Positions 1 to 9,787 of a stretch of 64,000 nucleotides of DNA are shown one piece after another. Below the pieces are notes generated by a model that saw nothing but the letters and a program-made list of their open reading frames with translations, did no database searches and had not been told where the DNA came from. The position numbers and the translations under genes were made by a program. Source of the DNA: Rhodoferax sp. (GTDB taxonomy: Bacteria; Pseudomonadota; Gammaproteobacteria; Burkholderiales; Burkholderiaceae_C); assembly GCF_031291305.1 (NCBI RefSeq), contig NZ_JARLJH010000021.1; one strand, given 5' to 3'. Numbering within the stretch: the stretch's first letter is position 1; each line of letters begins with the position of its first letter.

Positions 1-2
1 TG

Positions 3-536
3 GCAACCTGCGTACGGTCCGTTGAACTGGCAAAGGCCCGGTGGGAGCACATTGATTTGGACCGTGGAACCTGGTGGGTTCCCGATGAGTCGGTCAAGAC
101 ACGAAACGGCTTCCTCGTACCGCTAACGCCAACCGTTGTCGGTTGGTTCAAAGACCTGCTGGATCTCGCTGGTGACTCTCCATGGGCATTGCCTGCACGT
201 GTGGAGCGCAGGCGGAGACGGCTTGGAGATATCCACGTTGGCGAAACAACACTCTGGGCGGCCATCGCAAGAGCATTCGAACGGGGCGATATCGAGATCC
301 GTAAGTTCACCCCACACGACACGCGAAGCACCGCCAAGGGACACATGCGCAACATGGGAATCTCGCGCGAGATATCCGAAATTGCATTGAACCATACCCT
401 AAAAGGGATGGAAGCGATCTACGACGTTCGGGAAGAAATTCCCGAACGCAGGATCGCCCTGGAACGATGGGCAGCTTTCATTGCTGCTTGCGAAAGTGGG
501 AAACCTTGGAATGTCGTACCCTTGAAAGTAGCGTGA
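3..536 (+). CDS. Tyrosine recombinase/integrase, C-terminal part (5' end outside the window)
   Basis: Frame is open from base 3: ATCVRSVEL (box I Arg), HDTRST (HxxR), LNH and AIYD (catalytic Tyr). Confidence 0.9.
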   Translation, partial: ATCVRSVELAKARWEHIDLDRGTWWVPDESVKTRNGFLVPLTPTVVGWFKDLLDLAGDSPWALPARVERRRRRLGDIHVGETTLWAAIARAFERGDIEIRKFTPHDTRSTAKGHMRNMGISREISEIALNHTLKGMEAIYDVREEIPERRIALERWAAFIAACESGKPWNVVPLKVA

Positions 537-621
537 CGAAATTATCAAGATGTGCACGTCTGCGAATTGACATGCGCCAGATCTGTTTGGACGTGAGAAG
601 CAAACCCGCCGAGCAATACAT

Positions 622-1152
622 TCACCGCGAAGGCAGATCACACGGTCGAACAAACGCACATTTCCGGCACAGGCCCGGTGAACAGGTGGACCGAGGCTCG
701 ACCTTCCCAGCAAACAGTTTCCCTCGCCTTATCGCCAGAGAAATTACATCAACATGTGACATGAGCCTAAGTTGATGACAACGCGTTCGAAGTCCATCTG
801 GCCGCTCAATCACAATATAGGCGTAATCCGCAACAACATCTCCCGTGTGCGCCATCAAGGCCACGCGCTGCGCCGACAATTCAATGACATCCGACTGATA
901 CGTCCGATTCGTCTCCCTGGTTTTCAGCTCAACCAGCACCAACACACTTGCCGCATTACGATAAACCCTATCCACCCTGGCAGAAATTGACACTGGCTCG
1001 GTGGATTGAAACAACCGTTCCGCATAAACCAGGCAGGCGCTTCTCAATTCCGGAGGCAACCTTGCCCGGCGCTGATCCGACTTGCAGCGCCACCACCAAA
1101 GGACGAGCGCGAGCGCGCCCACGCCAATAACAGCTGCAGGGTCAATTCTCAT
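622..1152 (-). CDS. Cas4-like PD-(D/E)XK nuclease, C-terminal half, with N-terminal hydrophobic anchor
   Basis: ARVDRV...LVELKT (D...ExK), QxxxL helix, C-terminal CRKCAFVRPC (Cx2Cx5C); hydrophobic AAVIGVGALALVLWWW; ATG at 1152 overlaps the end of the upstream ORF. Confidence 0.75.
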   Translation of the reverse strand: MRIDPAAVIGVGALALVLWWWRCKSDQRRARLPPELRSACLVYAERLFQSTEPVSISARVDRVYRNAASVLVLVELKTRETNRTYQSDVIELSAQRVALMAHTGDVVADYAYIVIERPDGLRTRCHQLRLMSHVDVISLAIRRGKLFAGKVEPRSTCSPGLCRKCAFVRPCDLPSR

Positions 1153-1441
1153 GACGCGGTTTCCTGAATTGAAACCACTTCGCGACACACAAAGTTAGCC
1201 AGCGCCCAAATATCAGGAAAACAATGAAATAACGCCACCGGCGGGTCCAGTCCATATGCCCATCCCGATAGAAGCGTAGGTGCGCCCGTTGTCCGCGCTT
1301 GATTGCCTGCTGCTGTTCAACGGTTCGCCGCTTGCCGTAGCGATGTTCAAACACCACCATCCGCTCGCACACGCCCATCTGCGCCAGTTCTGACGCGCTG
1401 ACAGACGCCCTCCGGCGTCCATGCTTCTTCACCGGCGCCAT
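1142..1441 (-). CDS. Cas4-like nuclease N-terminal fragment with C-terminal hydrophobic segment
   Basis: SASELAQMGVCER...KRGQRAH matches the Cas4/AddB N-terminal S-x-S...C-x-R...G-x3-H pattern; hydrophobic YFIVFLIFGRWLTLCV. Confidence 0.6.
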   Translation of the reverse strand: MAPVKKHGRRRASVSASELAQMGVCERMVVFEHRYGKRRTVEQQQAIKRGQRAHLRFYRDGHMDWTRRWRYFIVFLIFGRWLTLCVAKWFQFRKPRHEN

Positions 1442-1443
1442 GA

Positions 1444-1746
1444 TCAGTCATCCCCATCGAGCATTGGCACCTCGAACGCCTGGACGACATGCCCTGCAAC
1501 AGTCGGATTGACCTTCGCGGGCGCCTGCAACGCGGATGCAGCCGTTTGGGATAACGCTCCCACCGCCGGTACCAGCATCCAGTTCTGCGCCAACAACCCC
1601 TCATGAGCCAGAAAGCGCAATCGGTTCACCCGCTTCGTGCCTTTGTTGAACCGGATCAGGTCATCGTAGAGGCGCGGGTTGTCCTCGCGCGTCATCTCAA
1701 ACAGCAGACGCACCGGCTCACTGTTTGTTTCTTGGTCCCGGCTCAT
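1444..1746 (-). CDS. Small DNA-binding protein, ParR/StbB-like partition adaptor
   Basis: 100 aa; start overlaps the ParM stop (ATGA); beta-strand then helices (VRLLFEMTREDNPRLYDDL) as in RHH proteins; position typical of ParR. Confidence 0.6.
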   Translation of the reverse strand: MSRDQETNSEPVRLLFEMTREDNPRLYDDLIRFNKGTKRVNRLRFLAHEGLLAQNWMLVPAVGALSQTAASALQAPAKVNPTVAGHVVQAFEVPMLDGDD

Positions 1747-2789
1747 GCGCCCTCTCCTTCCAATCGCGTTGTGCGGGCATCACGACCGGGACTTTGCATC
1801 GCTGTGGCGGCGTAATTCATACCTGCGATCTGGTAACCCCGCAGATTCGAGAACATCGGTTCTTTCACTTCCAGAATCTGATGCGTCGCGAACGCCTCCT
1901 TCACCGCCTTTTTGAACAGAAAAGCACCACCGCCCACCAGAATGACGTGCTGGACGTCATAGAACTCCCCGATACGGCGCATCATCGCCCCCACGGCCTG
2001 CTTGGTGACACTTTCCACCACCGGTTTCATGCGCGCCAGACTATAGGTCCGCTGGAAGATCGTCAGATTCTTGTTGGTACGCAGCGCCAGATCGATGGCG
2101 TCCAACTGGTTGTAAGGTCGGCCAATCTCTGTGCTGATGTCGTCCGCGATCACCTGCAGGATGTCGGACACCCCGCGGTTGACCGAATGACTGCGCTTGT
2201 GCGACAACTTCATACCCCGCGCCACCAGCCAGTCGAAGGTGCGTGAGCCGGGGTCAATCACCAGGCTGTGTTCATTCTCCATTGCCACCACTTTGTCATG
2301 TTGCGAGGCATAGTCAATCAATGCCCCATTGGGCTGGGCCATCGCCAGCGCCTTACGCACCAGCACGGTCTTGCCATTGCCCACGTCGTGGGTGCCAGTC
2401 ATCAGCTTTTCCAACGCGGCCTTCATTAAGGCAAACATAGCCACCGGCAGACCAACCACGAGCAAGTCGATGGTGTCGACCTTCATCATGCGCAATGCCC
2501 CGCGTGCCAGGGCCAGGTATTCCGGGGTATCAATAAAGTTGTCGTGGATCTGCGTGGCACGAAAAGCGTCGGCGGCCAGCATCACGTCCGGCCCCACCTC
2601 GTAGAACATGCCGCCAATCGGAATGGCTACGGTTTTGCGGCGATCCGCACCCAAGGTGGTGGAGGGGTCGCGCGGGAAGGGGTAAGCCAGTGACGGAAAG
2701 CTGGCGCAGCGAATGTCGTCGCCAGAGACACCGGTGACGTACTTGGTATTGCCGTAGCCAACGTCTACGGCTCGAACGATCAATTCCAT
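1743..2789 (-). CDS. ParM/StbA-family actin-like ATPase (PRTRC protein D-like)
   Basis: AVDVGYGNTK phosphate-1, VIDPGSRTFD phosphate-2, LVGGGA adenosine motif; GGAG RBS before ATG 2789. Confidence 0.9.
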   Translation of the reverse strand: MELIVRAVDVGYGNTKYVTGVSGDDIRCASFPSLAYPFPRDPSTTLGADRRKTVAIPIGGMFYEVGPDVMLAADAFRATQIHDNFIDTPEYLALARGALRMMKVDTIDLLVVGLPVAMFALMKAALEKLMTGTHDVGNGKTVLVRKALAMAQPNGALIDYASQHDKVVAMENEHSLVIDPGSRTFDWLVARGMKLSHKRSHSVNRGVSDILQVIADDISTEIGRPYNQLDAIDLALRTNKNLTIFQRTYSLARMKPVVESVTKQAVGAMMRRIGEFYDVQHVILVGGGAFLFKKAVKEAFATHQILEVKEPMFSNLRGYQIAGMNYAATAMQSPGRDARTTRLEGEGA

Positions 2790-2878
2790 GAGAGGACTCC
2801 AAATCAGGGTTGCAGAGCGATCAGCATCGGTGGCCCGATGCCGTCCATCCACGCAGAAGGCCCCATCAAACAGTCCGA

Positions 2879-2891
2879 TTTCGGAATCAGC
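2879..2891 (-). promoter_or_regulatory. 13-bp motif GCTGATTCCGAAA, copy 1
   Basis: Identical 13-mer at 58108-58120; both lie exactly 90 bp upstream of a minus-strand ATG. Confidence 0.5.
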
Positions 2892-3307
2892 TCTGGTTTA
2901 AGTCCCAATGCAACCTTGTCAGGTCGCATCGGAGCGAGACCGTTTTCATCGACCATACGGAGAAGTCCTGCGTGTCGAACCACGGTCTCACCGCAAACCA
3001 AGCTGTCAAGGGCGTGATTTGTGCGGATCACGCCGATTTGTGCTGTTTCCGTGGCCCAGGGCTTCGAACCGGCCATCCACCCGGTCAAGGTCCCGTCCGG
3101 GACCAGAGGCAGCAAATACTCTTGTCAAGCCCGCATGCAGCCTCACTCTTGAACCCTATCGAAAAATAAGTACGGCTCACGGACATATCCCGGCGTCTCA
3201 ATCGCCACCCGCAATGGCCCTGAAATTGGCATCCTTTCCGGCACGTCTGCTTGACTCATCCTCTGGGTCAGCGTCAACTACAGGTTCCCGAGGGCCGTCC
3301 TGGCCCT

Positions 3308-3406
3308 GCTCCATCGCGGAGCGCAAGGCGTCGCAGTCGTTACCTGCCCCAAACTCCGGTCCTTGAACCGGAATTGGCCATCGTCCCTTGAGGTGATGGC
3401 CTCGTG
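3308..3406 (+). ncRNA. Structured non-coding motif, copy 1 (possibly radC RNA motif family)
   Basis: Hairpin GCTCC/GGAGC, core GGCGTCGCAGTCGTTACCTGCC (3327-3348), then GGCCA..TGGCC stem and TCGTG; homologous copies at 9802, 16314, 39408. Confidence 0.6.
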
Positions 3407-4023
3407 GATTTATTTCGTAGTGCAACCCCTTGTGGCCTGGCCAGCACTTTTCGCTGGGCGTTCCTTGAAACGCGCCACAGTTTTCGATCACACGGTCGGC
3501 ACCTGATGCCGTACCCCTGTTCCCGCCATCCTTTGAGCACGCGTTACACGCAGCGCGCGGTTGTGTTTGCCATTTTTTGGCTCCCCGCGCGTTTTCGCTC
3601 ACAAACTCAGCACCGCCCTGGACTTTCGGTCAGGGGTGGACCCATGCGAGTGGATGGCGCTACGAATCCAGAACTGATCCATCAGTACGTGCAAGGCCTG
3701 ACCTTGCCACGGATGCCCGTTGACACGCCCAAGAGGCGGACCGGCATCACCAACCCCATGGTTGCAGAAATGCACAGGTGGGACGGATCACATGTTTCAT
3801 TTTTAAGGAAGACCGAGCTGGCCAGCGCAGAAGCGCAGGCTGGCAAAACACTGGGTAGGTACCGCACATCGGTGGTCGCGTGCGGTGCCAGAGTTGTTGA
3901 CCACTGATCTGCCGGGCGACGGAATCCGTCCAGCAGGTGACTGCTTTGCGATCCCACCTTTTTTTCAACACCTTCCCGCCGTTCGGGCGGCGGGCAGACA
4001 TCTCTGAAATGGAAGGCCACACC

Positions 4024-5166
4024 ATGCCAAACAAATCTTCTCGTCAGCGGCAACAAGCCTCGGTCAGCCCCGGCCGTCTGTTAGTCAGTGAACCCACGCG
4101 CCGCCAAGAATGGGCGAACAAGACTGTCCCCGAAATCCTTTCGGGCTATCAACCGAGCAAGGCGCCACCGCTGAAGGTGCTGGAGGTGCTGCTGGAACTC
4201 TTCAACACCCTACACACCTCGCTGGATAAAACCGTGTCACACAAGACACGGTACGAACGCGCCCAGTTTCTGCGACGGTTCTTTCGTGACCTCAAAGTCA
4301 AGGCGGGGTTCAACACGATTCCCGATCCACGCAACCTGGGACAGAAACACCTTCATGCGATGGTGCAGGTCTGGCAGAGGGAGCATCTGGCCGCTGCCAC
4401 GATTCAGACTTACCTGAGTTTCCTGCGCGGCTTGGGCATGTGGATGGGCAAGCATGGTTTTGTGCGGGGGCCAGCGCATTACGGTCTGAGCGTGGAGGAA
4501 TACCAGCGGCATGAGTACGCGCAGCGGGACAAGAGCTGGTCCGCGCAGGGTGTGGACATTCAAGCGGTCATCGAGCAGGTATGCGCCTATGACCGACACG
4601 TCGGCGCTTCACTGCGGCTGATCCAGGCCATGGGGCTGCGACGCAAGGAGGCTGTGCTGTTTCGCCCATTTGAAAGCATTGTGCCGTTTGAGGCGACCGG
4701 ACTGGTCTACGAAGACAAGGTGGCGGATCAGTATGTGAAGATCAAAGGCAAGGGTGGGCGGGTGCGTTTCATCCCTCTGGACAGTTCTGCCAGACGGGCC
4801 GCTGTCGATTTCGCACAGGACGTTGTCAGCAGCCTGGGTGCCCATATAGGAAACCCGACCAATGACCTGAAACAGAACCTGCGACGCTTTGACTATGTGC
4901 TGGAGAAATTTGGGATTACGTTTCGGGAACTGGGCGTCACGGCGCATGGCTTGCGTCATGAGGCCCTGATCCAGCACTTTGAAGCGTTGACGGGGCAACC
5001 ACCGCCGGTGCGCGACAGGGTGGACTTGCCGCCAGAAGTTGATCAGGCGGCGCGGCAAGCGGTGGCCGCACTTGCTGGACATTCGAGAATCAGATCGGCT
5101 GGTGCCTACCTGGGTGCTTCACCCGCCCGTCAGGCGCTAGCCACGTTGATCAACGACAAGGACTAA
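4024..5166 (+). CDS. Tyrosine recombinase (integrase domain-containing protein)
   Basis: GLRRKEA (R), KGKGGR (K), HGLRH (HxxR), LAGH, AGAYL (Y); GGAAGG RBS. Confidence 0.9.
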   Translation: MPNKSSRQRQQASVSPGRLLVSEPTRRQEWANKTVPEILSGYQPSKAPPLKVLEVLLELFNTLHTSLDKTVSHKTRYERAQFLRRFFRDLKVKAGFNTIPDPRNLGQKHLHAMVQVWQREHLAAATIQTYLSFLRGLGMWMGKHGFVRGPAHYGLSVEEYQRHEYAQRDKSWSAQGVDIQAVIEQVCAYDRHVGASLRLIQAMGLRRKEAVLFRPFESIVPFEATGLVYEDKVADQYVKIKGKGGRVRFIPLDSSARRAAVDFAQDVVSSLGAHIGNPTNDLKQNLRRFDYVLEKFGITFRELGVTAHGLRHEALIQHFEALTGQPPPVRDRVDLPPEVDQAARQAVAALAGHSRIRSAGAYLGASPARQALATLINDKD

Positions 5167-5200
5167 CCATGCCCATGACAACCCCATTCAATGCTGGCAA

Positions 5201-6211
5201 TCAAGTTGCATTGGTTTTGTACTGGATGACTCTGCATCGCTCCAACAACGCCTCGAAGGACTCCGCATCATCAAAGAATAGACCATCCTCCACCATATGC
5301 TGGTAGTCGGTGGCCAATTTGGCCAGCGAGCCATCTGCAGGCACGAGCTGGAGTCCACGGGAGACGGCGGCGTGGTAGTCAATCACATTGCCGCGCGCAT
5401 CCTTTTCGGCAAAAAACACACTCTTGTGATCAGCGACGGCCTGGGCGAGTGCCTTGTCCGCGATGGCCGCATCAGCGAAACCGGCAGCATCAAGCCGGGT
5501 CACGTCATGCCAATGACGAGCGAAGCGGTCACCCCCGCGGAATTCACCCTGGGCGCAAAAGACGTGAATCGCCGTGGCCTTTTCCCAGAAGGTTCGTTCG
5601 GCGCGCATGACTTGTGGCGTAGCGGTGGGGAACTCCACCCCCTGCAGATGCGCGGCCGCATCACAGCAGATGGCGCGTAGCTCGCTGGGCTCACCGGTAG
5701 AGCGGGCACCGAATTCCAGCATGACAGATGGTGGAACATAGCCCGTCCCGGTGGTCAGTGGCTCGTAGTCGATAAAAACCTTGTCCCCTTCAGCCCGGAC
5801 CGCTGCCGACAAACTTTGCACCGCAAGGTCTTTTTTGAGCCGGGGCACGATCTCGGCGTCAACCCAGCTTGCCAGGCGCGCACGGATTTCCTTGCTCCAC
5901 TTCTTTTCCTGGCTCTTGCTGGCAGGCAAGGGTGAGCCTGTACCGCCGATCAAATCGCTTGCGATAGCCCGGATGTCATAAGTCAGGTCCACGTCTTCGG
6001 AGAAACGGCGGATGACACCGTACGCTTTTGACAGGGATGTGCCACCCTTGAAGACAAGATGCTGAGCGTAGGGGCCAGTGAAGAGGTGCCGCAATACCCA
6101 AACTACCCAGATATCTTTTTCCAGCAAGTGCGGCGGAATGCCGGATGTGTTGGCCGCCGTATTGAGCGCTTCCAAGCGTTCTTCGGGAGAGAACTGGAAG
6201 AACTCAGCCAT
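5201..6211 (-). CDS. abiEii: AbiEii/AbiGii nucleotidyltransferase toxin (type IV TA)
   Basis: LEKDIWV, FKGGTSLSK, RFSEDVDL, TFWEK and RHWHD motifs. Confidence 0.9.
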   Translation of the reverse strand: MAEFFQFSPEERLEALNTAANTSGIPPHLLEKDIWVVWVLRHLFTGPYAQHLVFKGGTSLSKAYGVIRRFSEDVDLTYDIRAIASDLIGGTGSPLPASKSQEKKWSKEIRARLASWVDAEIVPRLKKDLAVQSLSAAVRAEGDKVFIDYEPLTTGTGYVPPSVMLEFGARSTGEPSELRAICCDAAAHLQGVEFPTATPQVMRAERTFWEKATAIHVFCAQGEFRGGDRFARHWHDVTRLDAAGFADAAIADKALAQAVADHKSVFFAEKDARGNVIDYHAAVSRGLQLVPADGSLAKLATDYQHMVEDGLFFDDAESFEALLERCRVIQYKTNAT

Positions 6212-6800
6212 GGGCCACCAGGGCGCTGACCTCTTGGGCCATCCAGGTTGGCAGGCGGGCGCGTGCCGACGCTACTTCTTTCAGTTCAGACGGTGGCAAT
6301 TTGGAACGCAGCTTCTGAATCGCCTCAGCGGCTTTTTCTGGACCCAGCCAGGCCAAAGCACGCACCACATCACCGGCAGCCCGACCAGGGAAGATCAATT
6401 GCCATATCGGCGCATGCCGGAACTCCACCATCTGTGCGCCTAGTTTCAACTGGCGGCTGCGTCCGGACGTGAGATAAACCGCCCGCATGGGTACTTGCGT
6501 GGTCAAGCCCAGCGCATTGGCAGCGGCGGCGCCGTGGGACACGATGGTTTCTCCACGCTGGTTTGCCAGACCTGCAACCATCTTGACAGTTGAAGGCGCA
6601 CGGGTGCCGAAGCGACTTTCGACGGGCAAGACATAGACGCCTCGGCCTGCACGCAGCAGAGTACCGCGCCCCACAAGACGCGACAGCACCTGGTCCACCG
6701 CAGCTCGACTGCCCAGATGCAGCAGTTCTTTTGCAGCCAAAGGCGCGCCTTCCGGCAACCGGGAGGCGTGCTCCAGCACTTGTTTGGCGAGGGTTTGCAT
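6204..6800 (-). CDS. abiEi: AbiEi-type antitoxin / winged-helix regulator
   Basis: N-terminal wHTH (AVDQVLSRLV...GRGVY), GAAAANALGLTTQVP; overlaps the toxin start. Confidence 0.85.
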   Translation of the reverse strand: MQTLAKQVLEHASRLPEGAPLAAKELLHLGSRAAVDQVLSRLVGRGTLLRAGRGVYVLPVESRFGTRAPSTVKMVAGLANQRGETIVSHGAAAANALGLTTQVPMRAVYLTSGRSRQLKLGAQMVEFRHAPIWQLIFPGRAAGDVVRALAWLGPEKAAEAIQKLRSKLPPSELKEVASARARLPTWMAQEVSALVAHG

Positions 6801-6870
6801 GGCGATAGCTCTTAACTGGTAGAATTATCTTCTTATTTCTGACACTTTTCAAGACCCAAAGTTACCGAAA

Positions 6871-8835
6871 TCACGACGGCTGGCATTGATGCACACTGAC
6901 CCGTAACACGGTGGGCAACCAGCCCGTACCCGCCACGGTCTGTTCGGCCCCTGTCACAACGGCATCCTTCTTGAGCGGTTCCAGCGGACTGGCCGCATTG
7001 GCATCGATCGCTTCTGTCACCACCTCCAAAATACGCGCCTTGGAGACATGGTTGAAATACGATTGGCCGGTGGCAGACCACCATTTGCTCATGTCCAGCC
7101 CCAATGCCACAGCCATCGCATCGGTGCTCTGCTTGCTGCGCTCCACACCGTAGACACCGGTGACCGCCGACGCAATGAGGAAGATCAGCAGTTGCTGCAC
7201 AGTGATGGGCTCCTGCGCCAGCACCCACGGGAAGATGGCATCCACCGATTCTGGCAGTCGTGCCGCCCAGGCTGCACGCTCGGCTTCCATCTTCTGCCAA
7301 GCCGCGCTGGTCTTCATGTCATCAGCTTCGGATGACAGGCTTGCATGCGTGTTGGTCGCGCTCACGGTCAAGACATCGTCGCTGCCGTAGTGGCGCAGGT
7401 AGCCATCGACCAGAAGTTTCACGGCCAGATGGGCGGTGATCGCAGCCAGTGCCACGTCGGGGCGATCCATCAGTTCGGCCTGGACGGCAGCAACCCGGTG
7501 GGCGGTGAGTCGACGCATCAGCTTGTCAGAATGAACCGGTCGGGTCTTGGGTGAAGGCAGCGACACCAGCGACTCGTCATCACCGCCCTCGCCTGCCAGT
7601 CGCGCCGCCTGCGCCATGTCGCTGCGGTCCTCAGGACGAACCAAGCCGCATTTGAGGGCCGCTGTGCCGTCGTTACCGACATAAACCACGCATCCGGCCT
7701 GGGTCATCAGGTCGGCGGGCCAGATGCTGAGGGTGTCTTCCAGTGCCTTGATCTGCGACTGCAGACTCTCGGACTCGGTTTGAAGCTTGTCGTATTCGTT
7801 ATCCTCATCGCCTTCATCCACTTCTGCTTCGGCCAAGACTTCCATCTGGTCATGCAGCGCGGCCATTCTGGTTTCAAGTTCAGCGAGGCTGGCTGCTTCC
7901 TGCTCAGTCGGCTCACGCCGGGTCTTGCGCAGTTCGCCGTACTTATCGAATTCGTCGTAGCTATAGCGCACGCGGACATCGACCCACTTCCAACCATCAG
8001 CGGCGACCTGTTTGGCCTTTTTCTGCAGTTTGTCCGTCGCCAGCTTCTCCAGCAGCGGGGCGTCCAGCAAATAGGCCTTCTTGTCGTCGTCGCTAAACAG
8101 GTCGCGGCGCAGGGTGCCACCGGCTTTCTCATAAGCCTTGACGGTCACGTATTTGACCAACGGGTCACGATCAGACTCGATTTCGCCCTGCGTGAGCAAT
8201 TGGCGCAGGTAATCGGGGCGGCGATTCCAGGTCGGCACCGCGGCCCAGGTTTGTTCCTGCTTGTCGTAGTCATCAACCGACGCCAGCACCATAAGGCAGT
8301 CCAGACCGATCTTGTCTTCCCGGAACTGCGCCATCAGCGTGGGGGACACTGTCGCCAGTTTCATACGGCGTTTGACCACCAGTGGCGTGACACCGAAGGC
8401 GGCAGCCACGTCTTCCACCGACTTGCCCTGCCCCATCAGCTTGGCAAAGGCGGTGTATTCGTCAGCCGGGTGCATGGGGATGTGGAAGAAATTTTCTGAA
8501 AGACTGGCGATCAGGGCCTTGTCCGCGGGCACGATCAGCACGGGCACGGGGTAGTTTTCGGGAATGTCGCCGTTCATGACCAGCAAGGCCAGTGCTTCAA
8601 GACGGCGACCGCCCGCACAAACCTCGAACAGACCGCGAGCGCCTTTCACGACGATCAGGTTTTGCAATACGTTGCTTTCCTTGATGGATGCCGCCAGTTC
8701 GGCGATGCTCATCTTCGATGTGCTGCCAGCAGACCGGGCCTGGTAGGTGTCCGACAGGATCAGCTTATTGAAGGGGACGGTGGCGCGAGGGGACGCCTCG
8801 ATGACGGCTTCGATTTCGGCTTTCGAGAATTTCAT
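6871..8835 (-). CDS. Large ParB-family protein (conjugative-element type, no cognate ParA nearby)
   Basis: LAASIKESNVLQNLIV, AGGRRLEAL (ParB box II), SLSEN, HPADE, HTH region. Confidence 0.9.
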   Translation of the reverse strand: MKFSKAEIEAVIEASPRATVPFNKLILSDTYQARSAGSTSKMSIAELAASIKESNVLQNLIVVKGARGLFEVCAGGRRLEALALLVMNGDIPENYPVPVLIVPADKALIASLSENFFHIPMHPADEYTAFAKLMGQGKSVEDVAAAFGVTPLVVKRRMKLATVSPTLMAQFREDKIGLDCLMVLASVDDYDKQEQTWAAVPTWNRRPDYLRQLLTQGEIESDRDPLVKYVTVKAYEKAGGTLRRDLFSDDDKKAYLLDAPLLEKLATDKLQKKAKQVAADGWKWVDVRVRYSYDEFDKYGELRKTRREPTEQEAASLAELETRMAALHDQMEVLAEAEVDEGDEDNEYDKLQTESESLQSQIKALEDTLSIWPADLMTQAGCVVYVGNDGTAALKCGLVRPEDRSDMAQAARLAGEGGDDESLVSLPSPKTRPVHSDKLMRRLTAHRVAAVQAELMDRPDVALAAITAHLAVKLLVDGYLRHYGSDDVLTVSATNTHASLSSEADDMKTSAAWQKMEAERAAWAARLPESVDAIFPWVLAQEPITVQQLLIFLIASAVTGVYGVERSKQSTDAMAVALGLDMSKWWSATGQSYFNHVSKARILEVVTEAIDANAASPLEPLKKDAVVTGAEQTVAGTGWLPTVLRVSVHQCQPS

Positions 8836-9787
8836 GGGAACTCCTGAAGGGTTAAAAAGGGACCAGCGACGTGCTGTCCATGCCTTCAGAATCTCATGTA
8901 CTACTCAGTCTTCAACCCCTCAGTGCGATAGCATCGCTGCATATTGCGCGGGAAATCGCGTCACAAAATTCAGCCTAAATCCCACACTGCTTCGCACCAC
9001 CCTCGTCGTCCTGTTTATACCGCCGCTATACGAAGTCCCGTTCCTGTTTTCCGCACCACAAGGGTATCTTGCGGAAATCAAGCGGCTGCACCTGCCAGCA
9101 GATACACCCAAAGCCACGGTTTACCAATGGCTGTGGATCAAGGCAGCGACGGTCACCACCCTGCCGTTCGTGGAAATGGTCACGTCCCCACGCCAACATC
9201 GCACCTTCAAAGAAGCGGTTCTATGGTTCGACGGTACGAAAGATGAGCTTCGCTGGAACAGCGGGCCGACCGAACAGCTCTCGACGGAGCCAAGCCAGAC
9301 CCTACCTCAGCTCCTGCTCCGACGGGTCAATTTGCACTTGAGTTGAATCACGATCACCCTTCCGATTCACCTAGACCACGGGCCAATCACAATAGACCGC
9401 CGTAACACGCGCCATTCTCGCAAAGGCTATTGCCCCCATGCGCATGCCAAGGTCCTTTTGTTGACACACAGGAAATCCTTCATGCGCCTTGGCTCCATTC
9501 GACCGCTTCAGTGATTCGCCTGTGGCTGATCGAGGCATTGGAACTGGCCCAACACCTGCTCTACCGGGATGAACTGACATCGCTGCTCAACCAGCAGGGA
9601 TTACGGCGGGCTTGGGAACAGCACCGCAGGGGACGCTGAATTTTGGCCCAGGCGCTTACCACCGGAAATCGATCTGCTTTTCCGGCGTTGCACCTGGAAA
9701 TTCGTTGAAATGCACCCACTCGCCGTCTGAAAAAGGCACACTGGTTCCGCTTCTTGGCCTCGGCCAAAGCACGCTCGTCGGAGCGCT

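Noticed and set aside
536-621. Possible att site next to the first integrase
   Set aside because: No tRNA 3' end or direct repeat matching elsewhere was seen; the boundary is probably upstream of the window
622-1441. Cas4-like genes as a sign of a CRISPR-Cas locus
   Set aside because: No repeat-spacer array and no cas1, cas2 or effector genes in the window
3198-3602. ORFs at 3198-3602 and 16275-16460 share the peptide AGNDCDA
   Set aside because: Explained by the non-coding repeat read in antisense, not by protein homology
8747-9346. 199-aa + strand ORF whose 3' third looks protein-like
   Set aside because: 5' part is antisense to parB, and no credible in-frame start or RBS was found for the 3' part
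9430-9639. YRDELTSLLNQQG resembles the start of a GGDEF domain (D-x-LT-x-L-x-N)
   Set aside because: Short ORF with no GGDEF core downstream in any frame I could read; may be chance or a very old relic
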